The notes below the pieces were generated by a model. That model was given only the letters and a program-made list of their open reading frames with translations, had not been told where the DNA came from and made no database searches. 64,000 nt of DNA from Gammaproteobacteria bacterium (GTDB taxonomy: Bacteria; Pseudomonadota; Gammaproteobacteria; GCA-001735895), in NCBI GenBank assembly GCA_050118655.1, contig JASFKL010000001.1, forward strand, positions 186 to 64,185. Direction: 5' to 3'. Positions 49,237 to 59,391 of the stretch are shown here, piece by piece (the first letter of the stretch is position 1; each line of letters begins with the position of its first letter). Position numbers and translations under genes: made by a program.

Positions 49237-50264
49237 AGAGCCGCAAGATCATTCACGTGGTTTCCTGTCACGCCGAGGGCGAGGTCGGCGACGTTATCGT
49301 CGGCGGCGTCGCCCCGCCTCCCGGCGATAGCCTCTGGGAACAGTCGAGGTGGATCGACCGCGACGGCCGGCTGCGAAATTTCATGCTCAACGAACCCCGC
49401 GGCGGCGTGTTCAGGCATGTCAACCTGTTGCTGCCCGCGAGGCATCCCGACGCCGACTTCGGCTTCATCATCATGGAGCCCGAGCACACCCCGCCGATGT
49501 CCGGCTCCAACGCGATCTGCGTGGCGACCGTGCTGCTGGACAGCGGGCTGATCGAGATGCAGGAACCGGTCACCGAGTTTACGCTCGAAGCACCGGGCGG
49601 ACTGGTGCCGGTGAAGGCATTTTGCGAATACGGCAAGGCGCAGAGCATCGAGGTTGAAAACGTCGCGTGCTTCGCCGGGCGGCTCGATGCGCCGCTGGAA
49701 GTCGAAGGCGTCGGCACGCTCCGCGTCGACACCGCTTATGGCGGTGACAGTTTCGTCATCGTCGACGCCGCCGGCCTGGGCTTCGAGATTCGTCCCGAGG
49801 AGGCCGCCGAACTGGCGCGGACAGGCGGGCGCATCACGCGCGCGGCCAACGAACAGCTGGGCTTCGAACACCCGGAAAATCCGGACTGGTCGCATATCTC
49901 TTTTTGCCAGTTCGCATCGCCGATCGAGCAGGACGACGGCGTCCTGGTCAGCCGCAATGCCGTGGTCATCGACCCGGGCAAGCTGGACCGCTCTCCGACC
50001 GGCACCGGCTGCTCCGCGCGGATGGCGGTATTGCATGCCAGGGGCATGATGGGCACGGGCGACCGGCTGGTCGGCAAATCGATCCTCGGTTCGCGATTCG
50101 ATTGTCGTATCGTCGGCGAAACCCGGGTCGGCAGCAGGCCGGCGATCCTGCCCGCGATCCGCGGTCGCGCATGGATCACGGGCACCCATCAGTTATTGCT
50201 GGACCCCGACGATCCCTGGCCGGAGGGATACCGGCTCAGCGATACCTGGCCGCTGAAAACCTGA
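49233..50264 (+). CDS. proline racemase / hydroxyproline epimerase superfamily enzyme, predicted trans-3-hydroxy-L-proline dehydratase type (Cys...Thr catalytic pair)
   Basis: Family motifs [13 protein letters not shown] and [16 protein letters not shown] are present. The second catalytic position reads Thr (DRSPTGTG) where true racemases and epimerases have Cys (DRSPCGTG). GTG start. Confidence 0.8.
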   Translation: MKSRKIIHVVSCHAEGEVGDVIVGGVAPPPGDSLWEQSRWIDRDGRLRNFMLNEPRGGVFRHVNLLLPARHPDADFGFIIMEPEHTPPMSGSNAICVATVLLDSGLIEMQEPVTEFTLEAPGGLVPVKAFCEYGKAQSIEVENVACFAGRLDAPLEVEGVGTLRVDTAYGGDSFVIVDAAGLGFEIRPEEAAELARTGGRITRAANEQLGFEHPENPDWSHISFCQFASPIEQDDGVLVSRNAVVIDPGKLDRSPTGTGCSARMAVLHARGMMGTGDRLVGKSILGSRFDCRIVGETRVGSRPAILPAIRGRAWITGTHQLLLDPDDPWPEGYRLSDTWPLKT

Positions 50265-50392
50265 TGACCGCCGGGTATCGAAGCGGGACGCCGCGGATCG
50301 CCTTGATCCCGGTCAAATTGTATCCGCGGGTCATGCCGATATAATTGCGCATTCTCGAAACCGGAATACCGGATTCATTATCGTGCCCTGAA

Positions 50393-51820
50393 ATGCCCGA
50401 ATCGCCAATGGAAAAAAACGTCAGCAGCCGCAACACCCACGATAAGGCGCTGCGCATCAATCTCGACGAAAAGAAATACGGCACCATCGTCGAGATCGGC
50501 GCCGGCCAGGAAGTCGCGCGCCAGTTTTTCAAGGCCGGGGCGGCCGCGGGAACCATCGCCAAGACCATGTCGGCATACGACATGCAGTTTTCCGATGCGA
50601 TTTACGGGGTCCAGGAAGACCGCCGCTACGTCAGCCACAGCCGGGTGGAGGCGATGCTGAAAAAGGAATTCCAGCTGGTCATCGACCGGGTCAGCAAAAT
50701 TCGCTCGGCCTCGTCGCGCTATTTTTCCTATGCCGCCACGGTGGCCGCCAAGAGTTTCAAGGGCAACAACGAGTGCCATGCCTGGTGCGGTATCCGGGTG
50801 CAGATGTATCCGGGCGCGGAGCCGTCCGACATCGTCATCCACGTACGCATGCGCGACGGCGACGCGGATCGCCAGCAGCAGGCGCTGGGTGTGTTCGGTG
50901 TCAACGTGATTTACGCGGCCTATTACTACTTCGAAAACCCGCAAACCCTGATCGATTCGCTGACCGATAACCTCGAGCAGGGGCGCATCGAAATCGACTC
51001 GATCGAATTTCAGGGCCCCTACTTCGAAGAAGTCGACAATCGCGCCATCAACCTGCACCTGATCCGCAGCTGGAAAACCCGCGCCATCATGTTCCGGCCC
51101 GACGGTTCGGTCGCCGTTCCGGCCGAAATGCTTCACAAGAAAAACGTGCTCACGATTCGCGGTACCTTCAAACCGGTAACCCGCCTCAACGTGGACATGA
51201 TCGAGCAGGGCCTGAAGGCTTTCACGGGCATGGACGGCGTGACCGTGGAAAACAGCGTCGCACTGGCCGAAATATCGCTCAACGACATGCAGGGTAACGA
51301 TCTCGGGGTATCCGGAGAAGACTTGATCGAGCGCGTCAGCCTGCTGAACAAGCTCGGCTACAGCGTGATGGTTTCGGATTACACGCGGTACTTTTCGCTG
51401 CGCGCCTATTTCCGCCAGTTCACCAAGCTGCAGATCGGCATCGTCCTCGGGATCATGAACATCCGGCAGATTTTCGACGAGAACAGCTACCGCGGGGTCG
51501 AAGGCGGTATCCTCGAAGGTTTCGGCAAGCTGTTCCCCGATAATACGCGGCTGCTGGTTTACCCCGAAATCGACAACGCCGGGGAATATGTGGACTATCA
51601 AAGCGTCGTTTTACCGACGAATCTGCAATACCTGTATCGCCACCTGCTGGAGAACCATTTCATCTTCGGCATCGAAGCCAGCGACCGCGAACTGTTCAAG
51701 ATTCATTCGCGCGAGGTGCTCAAGCAATTGCCGGACGGCAGGGGCGACTGGGAAGCCTGTCTGCCCGAGGGTATAGCCGAGGAAATCATCGAGCGAAGGC
51801 TGTTCGGCTACCGGGACTGA
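50393..51820 (+). CDS. hypothetical protein, ~475-490 aa, no domain recognised by eye
   Basis: Long ORF on the coding strand with no convincing antisense competitor and GC3-rich codons. Start ambiguous (TTG 50345, ATG 50393, ATG 50408). Distinctive segments: IVEIGAGQEVARQFFKAGAAAG and HAWCGIRVQMYPGAEPSDIVIHVRMRDGD. Confidence 0.55.
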   Translation: MPESPMEKNVSSRNTHDKALRINLDEKKYGTIVEIGAGQEVARQFFKAGAAAGTIAKTMSAYDMQFSDAIYGVQEDRRYVSHSRVEAMLKKEFQLVIDRVSKIRSASSRYFSYAATVAAKSFKGNNECHAWCGIRVQMYPGAEPSDIVIHVRMRDGDADRQQQALGVFGVNVIYAAYYYFENPQTLIDSLTDNLEQGRIEIDSIEFQGPYFEEVDNRAINLHLIRSWKTRAIMFRPDGSVAVPAEMLHKKNVLTIRGTFKPVTRLNVDMIEQGLKAFTGMDGVTVENSVALAEISLNDMQGNDLGVSGEDLIERVSLLNKLGYSVMVSDYTRYFSLRAYFRQFTKLQIGIVLGIMNIRQIFDENSYRGVEGGILEGFGKLFPDNTRLLVYPEIDNAGEYVDYQSVVLPTNLQYLYRHLLENHFIFGIEASDRELFKIHSREVLKQLPDGRGDWEACLPEGIAEEIIERRLFGYRD

Positions 51821-51847
51821 AACGCCCGCGCACGGATTTGCCGGGGT

Positions 51848-53062
51848 TCAGGCGATAATCCCCGCAGCGCGGAGTTTTTCGAGATCTCCGGCGTCCAGCT
51901 CGAGCAATCGCGAGAGAACCTCGTCGGTGTGCTGGCCGAGCAACGGCGGGGCCTGCCGATAGTCGATCGGCGTACGCGACAGCCGGATCGGGTTGGCGAC
52001 GCTGGCGACGCTGCCGGCCGACGGGTGATCGAGCTGCAGCTGCAGACCGCGTGCCTTGACCTGCGGATCGTCGAAAACCTGATCGATTTCATTGATCGGT
52101 CCGCAGGGAATCCCCTCGGAGTTGAGTGCCTCCAGCCACGCGGCGGCGGATTTTTCACGCATGATTTCGGCGACCCGGGGAACCAGCAGGTCGCGATGCT
52201 CGACGCGCGCGCGATTGCTGCGAAAACGGGGGTCCTCCGCGAGTTCGGAGCGACCGGCGAGAGCGCAGAAGCGCGCGAACTGGGAATCGTTACCGACCGC
52301 CAGGATGATATAGCCGTCGCTGGTCTGAAACGCCTGGTAAGGGACGATATTGGGATGCGCATTGCCGAGCCGGCGCGGGTTTTCGCCGCTGGCGAGATAA
52401 TTCATCGCCTGGTTGGCGAGCGCGGCCACCTGCACGTCGAGCAGGGCCATATCGATATATTGTCCCTCGCCCGTCGCGCGCTGGTGAAGCAATGCCGCCT
52501 GGATCGCGTTGGCCGCGTACAGGCCGGTCAGGATGTCGGCCAGCGCCACGCCGATCTTCATCGGCTGACCGTCGGCCTCGCCGGTGACGCTCATCAATCC
52601 GCCCATCGCCTGGATCATGAAATCGTAGCCGGCGCGCGCCGCGTAAGGGCCGTCCTGGCCGAAACCGGTGATCGAGCAATACACCAGGGAAGGATTGATT
52701 TCTTGCAGGCTGTCGTAGTCGAGGCCGTATTTTTCCAGACCGCCGACCTTGAAGTTTTCGATCAATACGTCGGCGAGACGGGCGAGCTCGCGGATCAACT
52801 CCTGCCCGCCGGGTTGCGACATGTCGATGCATACCGACTGCTTGCCGCGGTTGGCGCTGTGAAAATAGGCCGATTCTGAACCCGGTTTGCCGTCGCGATC
52901 CGGCATGTAGGGCGGACCCCAGCCGCGCGTATCGTCGCCGCTGCCGGGACGCTCGACCTTGATCACCTCGGCGCCGAGATCGGCGAGCATCTGGCTGGCC
53001 CAGGGCCCGGCGAGGATGCGGCTCAGATCCAGTACCCGCACGCCGGCGAGTGGTCCAGACAT
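51848..53062 (-). CDS. gcdG: family III CoA-transferase (CaiB/BaiF), glutaryl-CoA transferase candidate downstream of gcdH
   Basis: Translation MSGPLAGVRVLDLSRILAGPWASQMLADLGAEVIKVERPGSGDDTRGW is the family III CoA-transferase N-terminus; 404 aa. Its start codon directly follows the gcdH stop (TAGATG). Confidence 0.85.
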   Translation of the reverse strand: MSGPLAGVRVLDLSRILAGPWASQMLADLGAEVIKVERPGSGDDTRGWGPPYMPDRDGKPGSESAYFHSANRGKQSVCIDMSQPGGQELIRELARLADVLIENFKVGGLEKYGLDYDSLQEINPSLVYCSITGFGQDGPYAARAGYDFMIQAMGGLMSVTGEADGQPMKIGVALADILTGLYAANAIQAALLHQRATGEGQYIDMALLDVQVAALANQAMNYLASGENPRRLGNAHPNIVPYQAFQTSDGYIILAVGNDSQFARFCALAGRSELAEDPRFRSNRARVEHRDLLVPRVAEIMREKSAAAWLEALNSEGIPCGPINEIDQVFDDPQVKARGLQLQLDHPSAGSVASVANPIRLSRTPIDYRQAPPLLGQHTDEVLSRLLELDAGDLEKLRAAGIIA

Positions 53063-54247
53063 CTAGAAGAATGCCTGGATGCCGGTTTGCGCCCTGCCCA
53101 GGATCAGGGCGTGGATATCGTGGGTACCCTCGTAGGTATTGACCGCCTCGAGGTTCATCGCGTGGCGGATGACGTGATACTCGTCGGCGACCCCGTTACC
53201 GCCGTGCATGTCGCGTGCGACGCGGGCGATGTCGAGCGCCTTGCCGCAGTTATTGCGTTTCATCATCGACACCAGCTCCACCGGGCAGTTGCCGGCATCC
53301 ATCAGGCGCCCCATTTGCAGGCAACCCTGCAACCCCAGGGTGATCTCGGTCTGCATGTCGGCGAGCTTCTTTTGCACCAGCTGGGTCGCCGCCAGCGGCC
53401 GGCCGAACTGGTTGCGGTCGAGCGTGTACTGGCGCGCGGCGTGCCAGCAGAATTCGGCCGCGCCCATGCTACCCCAGGCGATACCGAAACGCGCCCGCGT
53501 CAGGCAGCCGAAAGGCCCCTTCAGGCCCTCGACGTTCGGCAACAGGTTTTCCTCCGGCACGAAAACGTCCTGCATCGCGATTTCACCGGTTACCGAGGCG
53601 CGCAGCGAAAACTTGCCTTCGATCCCGGGTGTCGTCAATCCGTCCATGCCGCGCTCGAGGATAAAACCGCGAATCACGTCGTCGAGCTTGGCCCAGACAA
53701 CGAAAACGTCGGCGATCGGCGAATTGGTGATCCACATTTTGGCTCCCTTGAGCCGATATCCGCCGTCGACCGCGGTGGCCGTGGTTTTCATGCTCGCGGG
53801 ATCCGATCCGGCATCGGGTTCGGTGAGCCCGAAACATCCCACCAGCTCGCCGCTGGCGAGCCCGGGCAGATACTTGCCGCGCTGTTCGTCGCTACCGTAG
53901 GCATAAATCGGATACATGACCAGCGACGACTGCACGCTCATCGCCGAGCGGTAACCGCTGTCGACGCGCTCGACCTCGCGCGCGATCAACCCATAGGACA
54001 CGTAGTTGACGCCGGCACAGCCGTATTCCTCGGGAAGCGTCGCTCCCAGCAATCCCAGCTGGCCGAATTCGTTCATGATTTCGCGATCGAACACCTCGTC
54101 GCGATTGGCCCTGCGGATGCGCGGCATCAATTGCTGCTGGCAGTAGTCGCGGGCCGCATCGCGGATCAGGCGCTCCTCGTCGGCGAGCTGCTGCTCGAAA
54201 AACATCGGATCCTGCCAGTCGAAAGTTACGCGTTTTGCTTGGGTCAT
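53063..54247 (-). CDS. gcdH: glutaryl-CoA dehydrogenase (acyl-CoA dehydrogenase family)
   Basis: Translation [37 protein letters not shown]...[14 protein letters not shown]...[18 protein letters not shown], 394 aa, collinear with known GcdH. Confidence 0.9.
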   Translation of the reverse strand: MTQAKRVTFDWQDPMFFEQQLADEERLIRDAARDYCQQQLMPRIRRANRDEVFDREIMNEFGQLGLLGATLPEEYGCAGVNYVSYGLIAREVERVDSGYRSAMSVQSSLVMYPIYAYGSDEQRGKYLPGLASGELVGCFGLTEPDAGSDPASMKTTATAVDGGYRLKGAKMWITNSPIADVFVVWAKLDDVIRGFILERGMDGLTTPGIEGKFSLRASVTGEIAMQDVFVPEENLLPNVEGLKGPFGCLTRARFGIAWGSMGAAEFCWHAARQYTLDRNQFGRPLAATQLVQKKLADMQTEITLGLQGCLQMGRLMDAGNCPVELVSMMKRNNCGKALDIARVARDMHGGNGVADEYHVIRHAMNLEAVNTYEGTHDIHALILGRAQTGIQAFF

Positions 54248-54306
54248 GGGTTATAGAGGCTCGAAGACGGAGACCAGATTTTATCGCCGTGCGCGCAGAT
54301 TGCCAG

Positions 54307-55638
54307 TCAATTTCCGCTCCCCGCGTTCGAACTCGCGGCACCGGGCCCGCGCCGATCGGCGATTTGCAACGCCAGGGTTCCGTAGTTGTAATAAGCGGCG
54401 CGAAGCTTGCGCCAGTGCTCGCGATGGACCGCCTCCACGGGAAACGGAAAATCGCGCAAATCGTCCCTGACCAGGGCCTCGGCCAGGTGTTTGCCGATCA
54501 CCGTGCCCGGACCGATACCGCGCCCGTTGTAACCCGCCGGCGCATAGATTCCCGGGGCGATCAGCTGCACGCGCAGAATCTTGCTGTCGGTAACCCCGAC
54601 CTGCCCGCTCCAGCGATACACCCAGCGCAGGCCCCGGGTTTGCGGAAACAGGCGGTTGCGATTGCGCGTCATCCAGTTTTCGCGCGGCGCGCGCTGGTAT
54701 CCGGCCAGTCTCCCCGCACTACTCATGATCAGCCTTCCGGCCGAATCGACCCGCGACGACGTCATCAGGCTCTGCGTATCCCAGAGACCCTGTCGCTGCG
54801 GGATGATGCGCGCGGCGAGCTCGGGCGACAGCGGTTCGCTGGCGCACTGGAAGATGAACACCGGCAGGGTCGACGCACGCACCTGCGCGTTATTTCGATC
54901 GGCATAGGCATTGGTCGCGAGGATGACCCGCGACGCGGAAACTTCGCCGGCGGCGGTGCTTGCCAGCCAGCGATCCTGCCTGCGCTCGAGACTCGATATA
55001 GCGGAGTCCTGGAAGATCCGCGCCCCCGCACCGAGCGCGGCCGCGGCCAGCGAGCGAGCGTAATTGAGCGGATGAATGGTGCCGGCACCGGGATCGAGGA
55101 TACCCCCATAGCGATAGCAGGGCGACGCCGATATCCTCGACGCGGCCGGGCCGTCGATCAGTTCGACCGCGGCGCCCAGCGCCTGCAGTTGGCTACAGCG
55201 ATCCTCGAGCGTCTTCATCGCCGCGGCACTGTGCGCGATATGTACCGTGCCGGCGCGCCGCGCTTCGCAGTTCATCGAAAACCGTTCGATCAGCTCGAAG
55301 ACCAGCGCCGGCGAGTCCCTTAGCGCCCGGTAGAATCGCTCGCCCTTGTCCGCGCCGAGTTGCCGGGCCACGTGACGCGGATCTTTCCACACTCCCGCGT
55401 TAACCAGGCCGGCGTTGCGCCCCGACCCGCCGAAGCCGATCGACCTGGCCTCCAGCAAGACCACGTCGACACCCTGCTCGGCGAGGTGCAGGGCGCTCGA
55501 CAGGCCCGTATACCCGCCGCCGACGACGAGCACGTCCGCGCGCAGCGATTCCCGCAGGCGATCGTCGACCGGGTTGTCGATTGCAGTTGCTCCCCAGAGC
55601 GAGTTTTCTCCGGGATCCTGCGGTAAAAAGTCTGCCAT
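54307..55638 (-). CDS. FAD-dependent oxidoreductase of the PuuB/OrdL (gamma-glutamylputrescine oxidase-like, DAO) family
   Basis: Translation VLVVGGGYTGLSSALHLAEQGVDVVLLEARSIGFGGSGRNAG closely matches the PuuB N-terminal FAD-binding region from memory. I set the start at the internal ATG at 55636-55638. Confidence 0.8.
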   Translation of the reverse strand: MADFLPQDPGENSLWGATAIDNPVDDRLRESLRADVLVVGGGYTGLSSALHLAEQGVDVVLLEARSIGFGGSGRNAGLVNAGVWKDPRHVARQLGADKGERFYRALRDSPALVFELIERFSMNCEARRAGTVHIAHSAAAMKTLEDRCSQLQALGAAVELIDGPAASRISASPCYRYGGILDPGAGTIHPLNYARSLAAAALGAGARIFQDSAISSLERRQDRWLASTAAGEVSASRVILATNAYADRNNAQVRASTLPVFIFQCASEPLSPELAARIIPQRQGLWDTQSLMTSSRVDSAGRLIMSSAGRLAGYQRAPRENWMTRNRNRLFPQTRGLRWVYRWSGQVGVTDSKILRVQLIAPGIYAPAGYNGRGIGPGTVIGKHLAEALVRDDLRDFPFPVEAVHREHWRKLRAAYYNYGTLALQIADRRGPGAASSNAGSGN

Positions 55639-55808
55639 GGCGTTGCTTCTGTGGACGACGCCGGAATTGTCCGCGATCCGTGGTTTTATTGCCAGTCCGC
55701 GCATTATATCAGCATTGCGCATGCACTCATTCGGCTCATGCGATATACGGGCTAGCCAAGGCAGGAAAAATCGATAAGAATCCGGGAATTGAAATCAGTG
55801 GAGCCTTC

Positions 55809-57245
55809 ATGAGCGTCGACGAGTTGTGTTATCTGACCGCCGCGCAGGCGATCGGCAAATTTACCGACGGCAGCCTGTCGCCGGTCGACCTGATGCAGGC
55901 GATAGCCAGCCGCACCGATGCCGTCGAGCCGTCGGTCAATGCCTTCACCGAAACCTGGTTCGAAGACGCGCTGGAAAAGGCGCGCGAGGCCGAGGCGCGT
56001 TACCGCAACGGAACCCAGCGCCCGCTCGAAGGCATTCCGCTCGCGGTCAAGGATGAATTCAAGCTCGCGGGCCGGCGGCGTACTTCGGGTTCGCTGGTTT
56101 ACCGCGATCGGGTCGACGACGAAAGCGACGTCATTATTCAACGATTGCTCGACGCCGGCGCGATCGCGCATGCGAAAACCGTGACACCCGAATTCTGCCT
56201 GCTGGGCTCCTGCCATTCGCGCCTCTGGGGGGTGACCCGAAACCCGTGGAACCTCGATATCACCAGCGGCGGTTCGTCCGGGGGTTCGGGAGTCTCGCTC
56301 GCCGCCGGCACCACGATCATCGCCACCGGCACCGATATCGGCGGATCGATTCGCATCCCGTCGGCACTCTGCGGAACCGTCGGTTACAAACCGCCTTACG
56401 GCAGGAACCCGGAAATCCCCGTATTCAACCTCGATTTCTACAGCCATTCGGGACCGATGACACGCAGTGTCGGCGATGCCGCGATGATGCAGAATATCGT
56501 CTCGGGCGTGCACAACCGCGATATCGCCAGTCTGCGCGAAAAACTGGTGCTCGACGCCTCGATCCCGGCCGATCTCTCGGGCTGGAAAATCGGCTATTCG
56601 CTCGATCTCGGCTTCATGGAAGTCGATGCCTCGGTGCGCGACAATACCCTCGCCGCGCTGGATATCCTGCGCGGACTCGGCGCGCAGGTCGACGAGGTCG
56701 AACTCGGCTGGGACGAAGCGATCATCCAGGCGGCGCACAGCTACTGGGCGCACGGCTGGGCCGCGCCGATGGAACGCCTGCTCGACGAACATCGCGATCA
56801 ACTCTGCGACTACACGGTCTGGTTCGTCGAAAACTCCCGCCGCTCGACGCCGCGCGACTACCTCGAATCGATCGAGACCGCGGTAGGTATGTACGACCGC
56901 TTCGGTCCGCTGATGGATGAGCTCGACCTGTTCGTCTGCCCGACCCTGATGACCACCGGGATACCGAACGACAGTACCTGGCCCGATAACGAGGTCGAAA
57001 TCAACGGCCGGATTCACCGGCTCAGCGAAGAGCACTGGTCGGCGACTTATCCGTTCAATATGCTGAGCCGTTGCCCGGTGATTTCGATGCCCAGCGGCCT
57101 GGCCGCCAACGGGGTGCCCACCGCGGTACAATTCGTCGCCCGGACTTACGACGATCAGCGGGTTTTCAGTGCCGCGCTGGCTTACGAGCAGGCCTTCGAG
57201 CGCCCCCTTTACCAACTCGATAAACGCATTTCAGCCGGAGAATAG
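55809..57245 (+). CDS. amidase-signature family amidohydrolase
   Basis: Translation GGSSGGSGVSLAAGTTIIATGTDIGGSIRIPSALCG is the amidase signature with the Ser-cisSer-Lys triad context. I set the start at the internal ATG at 55809. Confidence 0.88.
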   Translation: MSVDELCYLTAAQAIGKFTDGSLSPVDLMQAIASRTDAVEPSVNAFTETWFEDALEKAREAEARYRNGTQRPLEGIPLAVKDEFKLAGRRRTSGSLVYRDRVDDESDVIIQRLLDAGAIAHAKTVTPEFCLLGSCHSRLWGVTRNPWNLDITSGGSSGGSGVSLAAGTTIIATGTDIGGSIRIPSALCGTVGYKPPYGRNPEIPVFNLDFYSHSGPMTRSVGDAAMMQNIVSGVHNRDIASLREKLVLDASIPADLSGWKIGYSLDLGFMEVDASVRDNTLAALDILRGLGAQVDEVELGWDEAIIQAAHSYWAHGWAAPMERLLDEHRDQLCDYTVWFVENSRRSTPRDYLESIETAVGMYDRFGPLMDELDLFVCPTLMTTGIPNDSTWPDNEVEINGRIHRLSEEHWSATYPFNMLSRCPVISMPSGLAANGVPTAVQFVARTYDDQRVFSAALAYEQAFERPLYQLDKRISAGE

Positions 57246-57247
57246 CG

Positions 57248-58279
57248 ATGCTTACGGTGTTTAGCGAAAAACACGCCCTGCGCGACGCCAAAACCGAACT
57301 CTACGGCGGCAAACTGGTGCCCCCGTTCGAATGCCCGGTGCGCGCCGAGCACGTACTCGATCGCGTGCGCGAGGTCGGGCTCGGCGAAATCCTTGCGCCG
57401 CGGGAATTCGGCATCGAGGCCGTGACTCGCGTGCACGATGCCGACTTCGTGCGTTTCCTCGAGACTTGCTGGAAGGAATGGACCGCGCTGGGTTACGACG
57501 GCGAGGCGATCGCCAACTGCTGGCCGGCGCGCGGCATGCATCTGGATCGGGTACCGCGGCATATCGAGGGTAAGCTCGGACATTATGCGATGGCCGCGGA
57601 AACCTCGATATCCAGCGGCACCTGGGAAGCGGCGCGCGCCAGCGTCGACGTCGCTTTGACCGCGCAGGCGGCGATACGGGACGGCGCCAGGGAAGCCTTT
57701 GCCCTGTGCCGGCCGCCGGGTCACCACGCGGCGGAGGATATGTTCGGCGGTTACTGCTTCATCAACAATGCCGCGGTTGCCTCGCAGGCATTCCTCGACC
57801 AGGGGGCCTCGAGGATCGCATTGCTCGACGTCGACTTTCACCACGGCAACGGCAGCCAGGCGATTTTTTATCAGCGCGACGACGTCATGTTCCTGTCGCT
57901 GCACGGCCACCCCGAAGATGCTTTCCCGCACTTCCTCGGTTACGCGGACGAAACCGGCGCCGGCGCCGGTGAGGGTTATAATCATAATTACCCGATGGGT
58001 CCGGGTACCAATTTCAGGACCTGGGGCAGCGCGCTCGACGACGCTTGCAAAAAAATCGCCGCCTATGCGCCCGATGCATTGCTGGTCTCGCTCGGTGTCG
58101 ACACTTTCGAGCACGACCCGATATCCTTTTTCAAGCTGACCAGCGACGACTTCAAGCGCTACGGAGCAACCCTCGGCCGGCTCGGTCTGCCGACACTGTT
58201 TTTGATGGAAGGCGGTTACGCGGTCGAGGAAATCGGCGTCAACGCGGTCAACGTGCTCGAAGGCTACGAGGGCCGGTGA
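57248..58279 (+). CDS. histone-deacetylase-family amidohydrolase (acetylpolyamine/acetoin-type deacetylase)
   Basis: Translation CRPPGHHAAEDMFGGYCFINNAAVAS...LLDVDFHHGNGSQAIFY carries the HDAC catalytic His-His and Zn-binding Asp/His motifs. Its start is 3 nt after the amidase stop. Confidence 0.85.
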   Translation: MLTVFSEKHALRDAKTELYGGKLVPPFECPVRAEHVLDRVREVGLGEILAPREFGIEAVTRVHDADFVRFLETCWKEWTALGYDGEAIANCWPARGMHLDRVPRHIEGKLGHYAMAAETSISSGTWEAARASVDVALTAQAAIRDGAREAFALCRPPGHHAAEDMFGGYCFINNAAVASQAFLDQGASRIALLDVDFHHGNGSQAIFYQRDDVMFLSLHGHPEDAFPHFLGYADETGAGAGEGYNHNYPMGPGTNFRTWGSALDDACKKIAAYAPDALLVSLGVDTFEHDPISFFKLTSDDFKRYGATLGRLGLPTLFLMEGGYAVEEIGVNAVNVLEGYEGR

Positions 58280-58340
58280 CCGGCGGCGCCTTTCGCCGAC
58301 TTACCGACCGCGCCTTTCCCGCGGTCGCGATACCCGGGGT

Positions 58341-59303
58341 ATGAAAAGCCTCGCCCTGCTCAGTCCCAATACTCGCGGCGTGCTCTGCCTGGTCGTCGCA
58401 ATCGCCTGCCTGACGGTCAGCGACGCGATCATCAAGTGGCTCAGTCCGGAGCTGGCACTGCACCAGATCACCCTGCTGCGCTCGTTAATCGCGCTGTTGC
58501 TGGTATTTCTGATCGCGTATCTCGAAGGTGGATGGCATACCCTGAAGACCCGCCGCCCGGTACTGCATTTCATCCGCGGATCGCTGCTGGTGCTGGCCAA
58601 CATGTTCTTTTTCACCGCCCTCGCGGCCCTGCCTTTGGCGGAAACCGTGACCCTGTTTTACACCGCGCCGCTGTTCATCTGCCTGCTGTCCTGGCCGGTA
58701 CTCGGCGAACGCGTCGGCGCATCGCGCTGGATCGCGATCGCGGCCGGAATGGCCGGGGTGGTGATCATGATGCGCCCGGGAGCCGAACTGTTTCGCTATA
58801 CCAGCCTGTTGCCGGTGCTGGCGGCACTCAGTTACGCGGCGATGACGATGCTGACGCGCAAGCTCGGGCTGCGAGAAACCGCGGGGGCGCTGACTTTTTA
58901 CATCCAGCTCGCGTTCATCTTCGTCAGCGCCGCGGCGGGGATTTTGATCGGCGACGGCGAATACGATATCTACGCAAACCCGTCGCTGCAATTCCTGCTG
59001 CGCGAGTGGCGCTGGCCCGACGCGACGCAACTGCAGCTGATCGCTGCCTGCGGAGTCATCGTCGCCTTCGGGGGCTACCTGATTTCACAGGCCTATCGGA
59101 TCGGCGAAGCCTCCGCCGTGGCGCCGTTCGAATACGCCTCGCTGCCGTTCGCGCTGCTGGTCGGCTATTACCTGTGGGCGGACTGGCCCGAGCCGCGCGC
59201 CTTTCTCGGCACCGGCCTGATCATCGGCAGCGGCCTGGTGGTCGTCTATCTCGACAACCGCGCATGGCGAAAATCGATGCGCCCGGCACAAATCGACTTT
59301 TAA
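58341..59303 (+). CDS. EamA/DMT-superfamily transporter (10 TM)
   Basis: Two EamA repeats; hydrophobic throughout; 320 aa. Confidence 0.85.
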   Translation: MKSLALLSPNTRGVLCLVVAIACLTVSDAIIKWLSPELALHQITLLRSLIALLLVFLIAYLEGGWHTLKTRRPVLHFIRGSLLVLANMFFFTALAALPLAETVTLFYTAPLFICLLSWPVLGERVGASRWIAIAAGMAGVVIMMRPGAELFRYTSLLPVLAALSYAAMTMLTRKLGLRETAGALTFYIQLAFIFVSAAAGILIGDGEYDIYANPSLQFLLREWRWPDATQLQLIAACGVIVAFGGYLISQAYRIGEASAVAPFEYASLPFALLVGYYLWADWPEPRAFLGTGLIIGSGLVVVYLDNRAWRKSMRPAQIDF

Positions 59304-59391
59304 CTTGTCCAACGTCAATGCTTACCGCGATCCGTAGCGCGATACTCGGATCGTTAAACCTTTCAAGTCAAATGCCAGTCCAACGGAGAAA

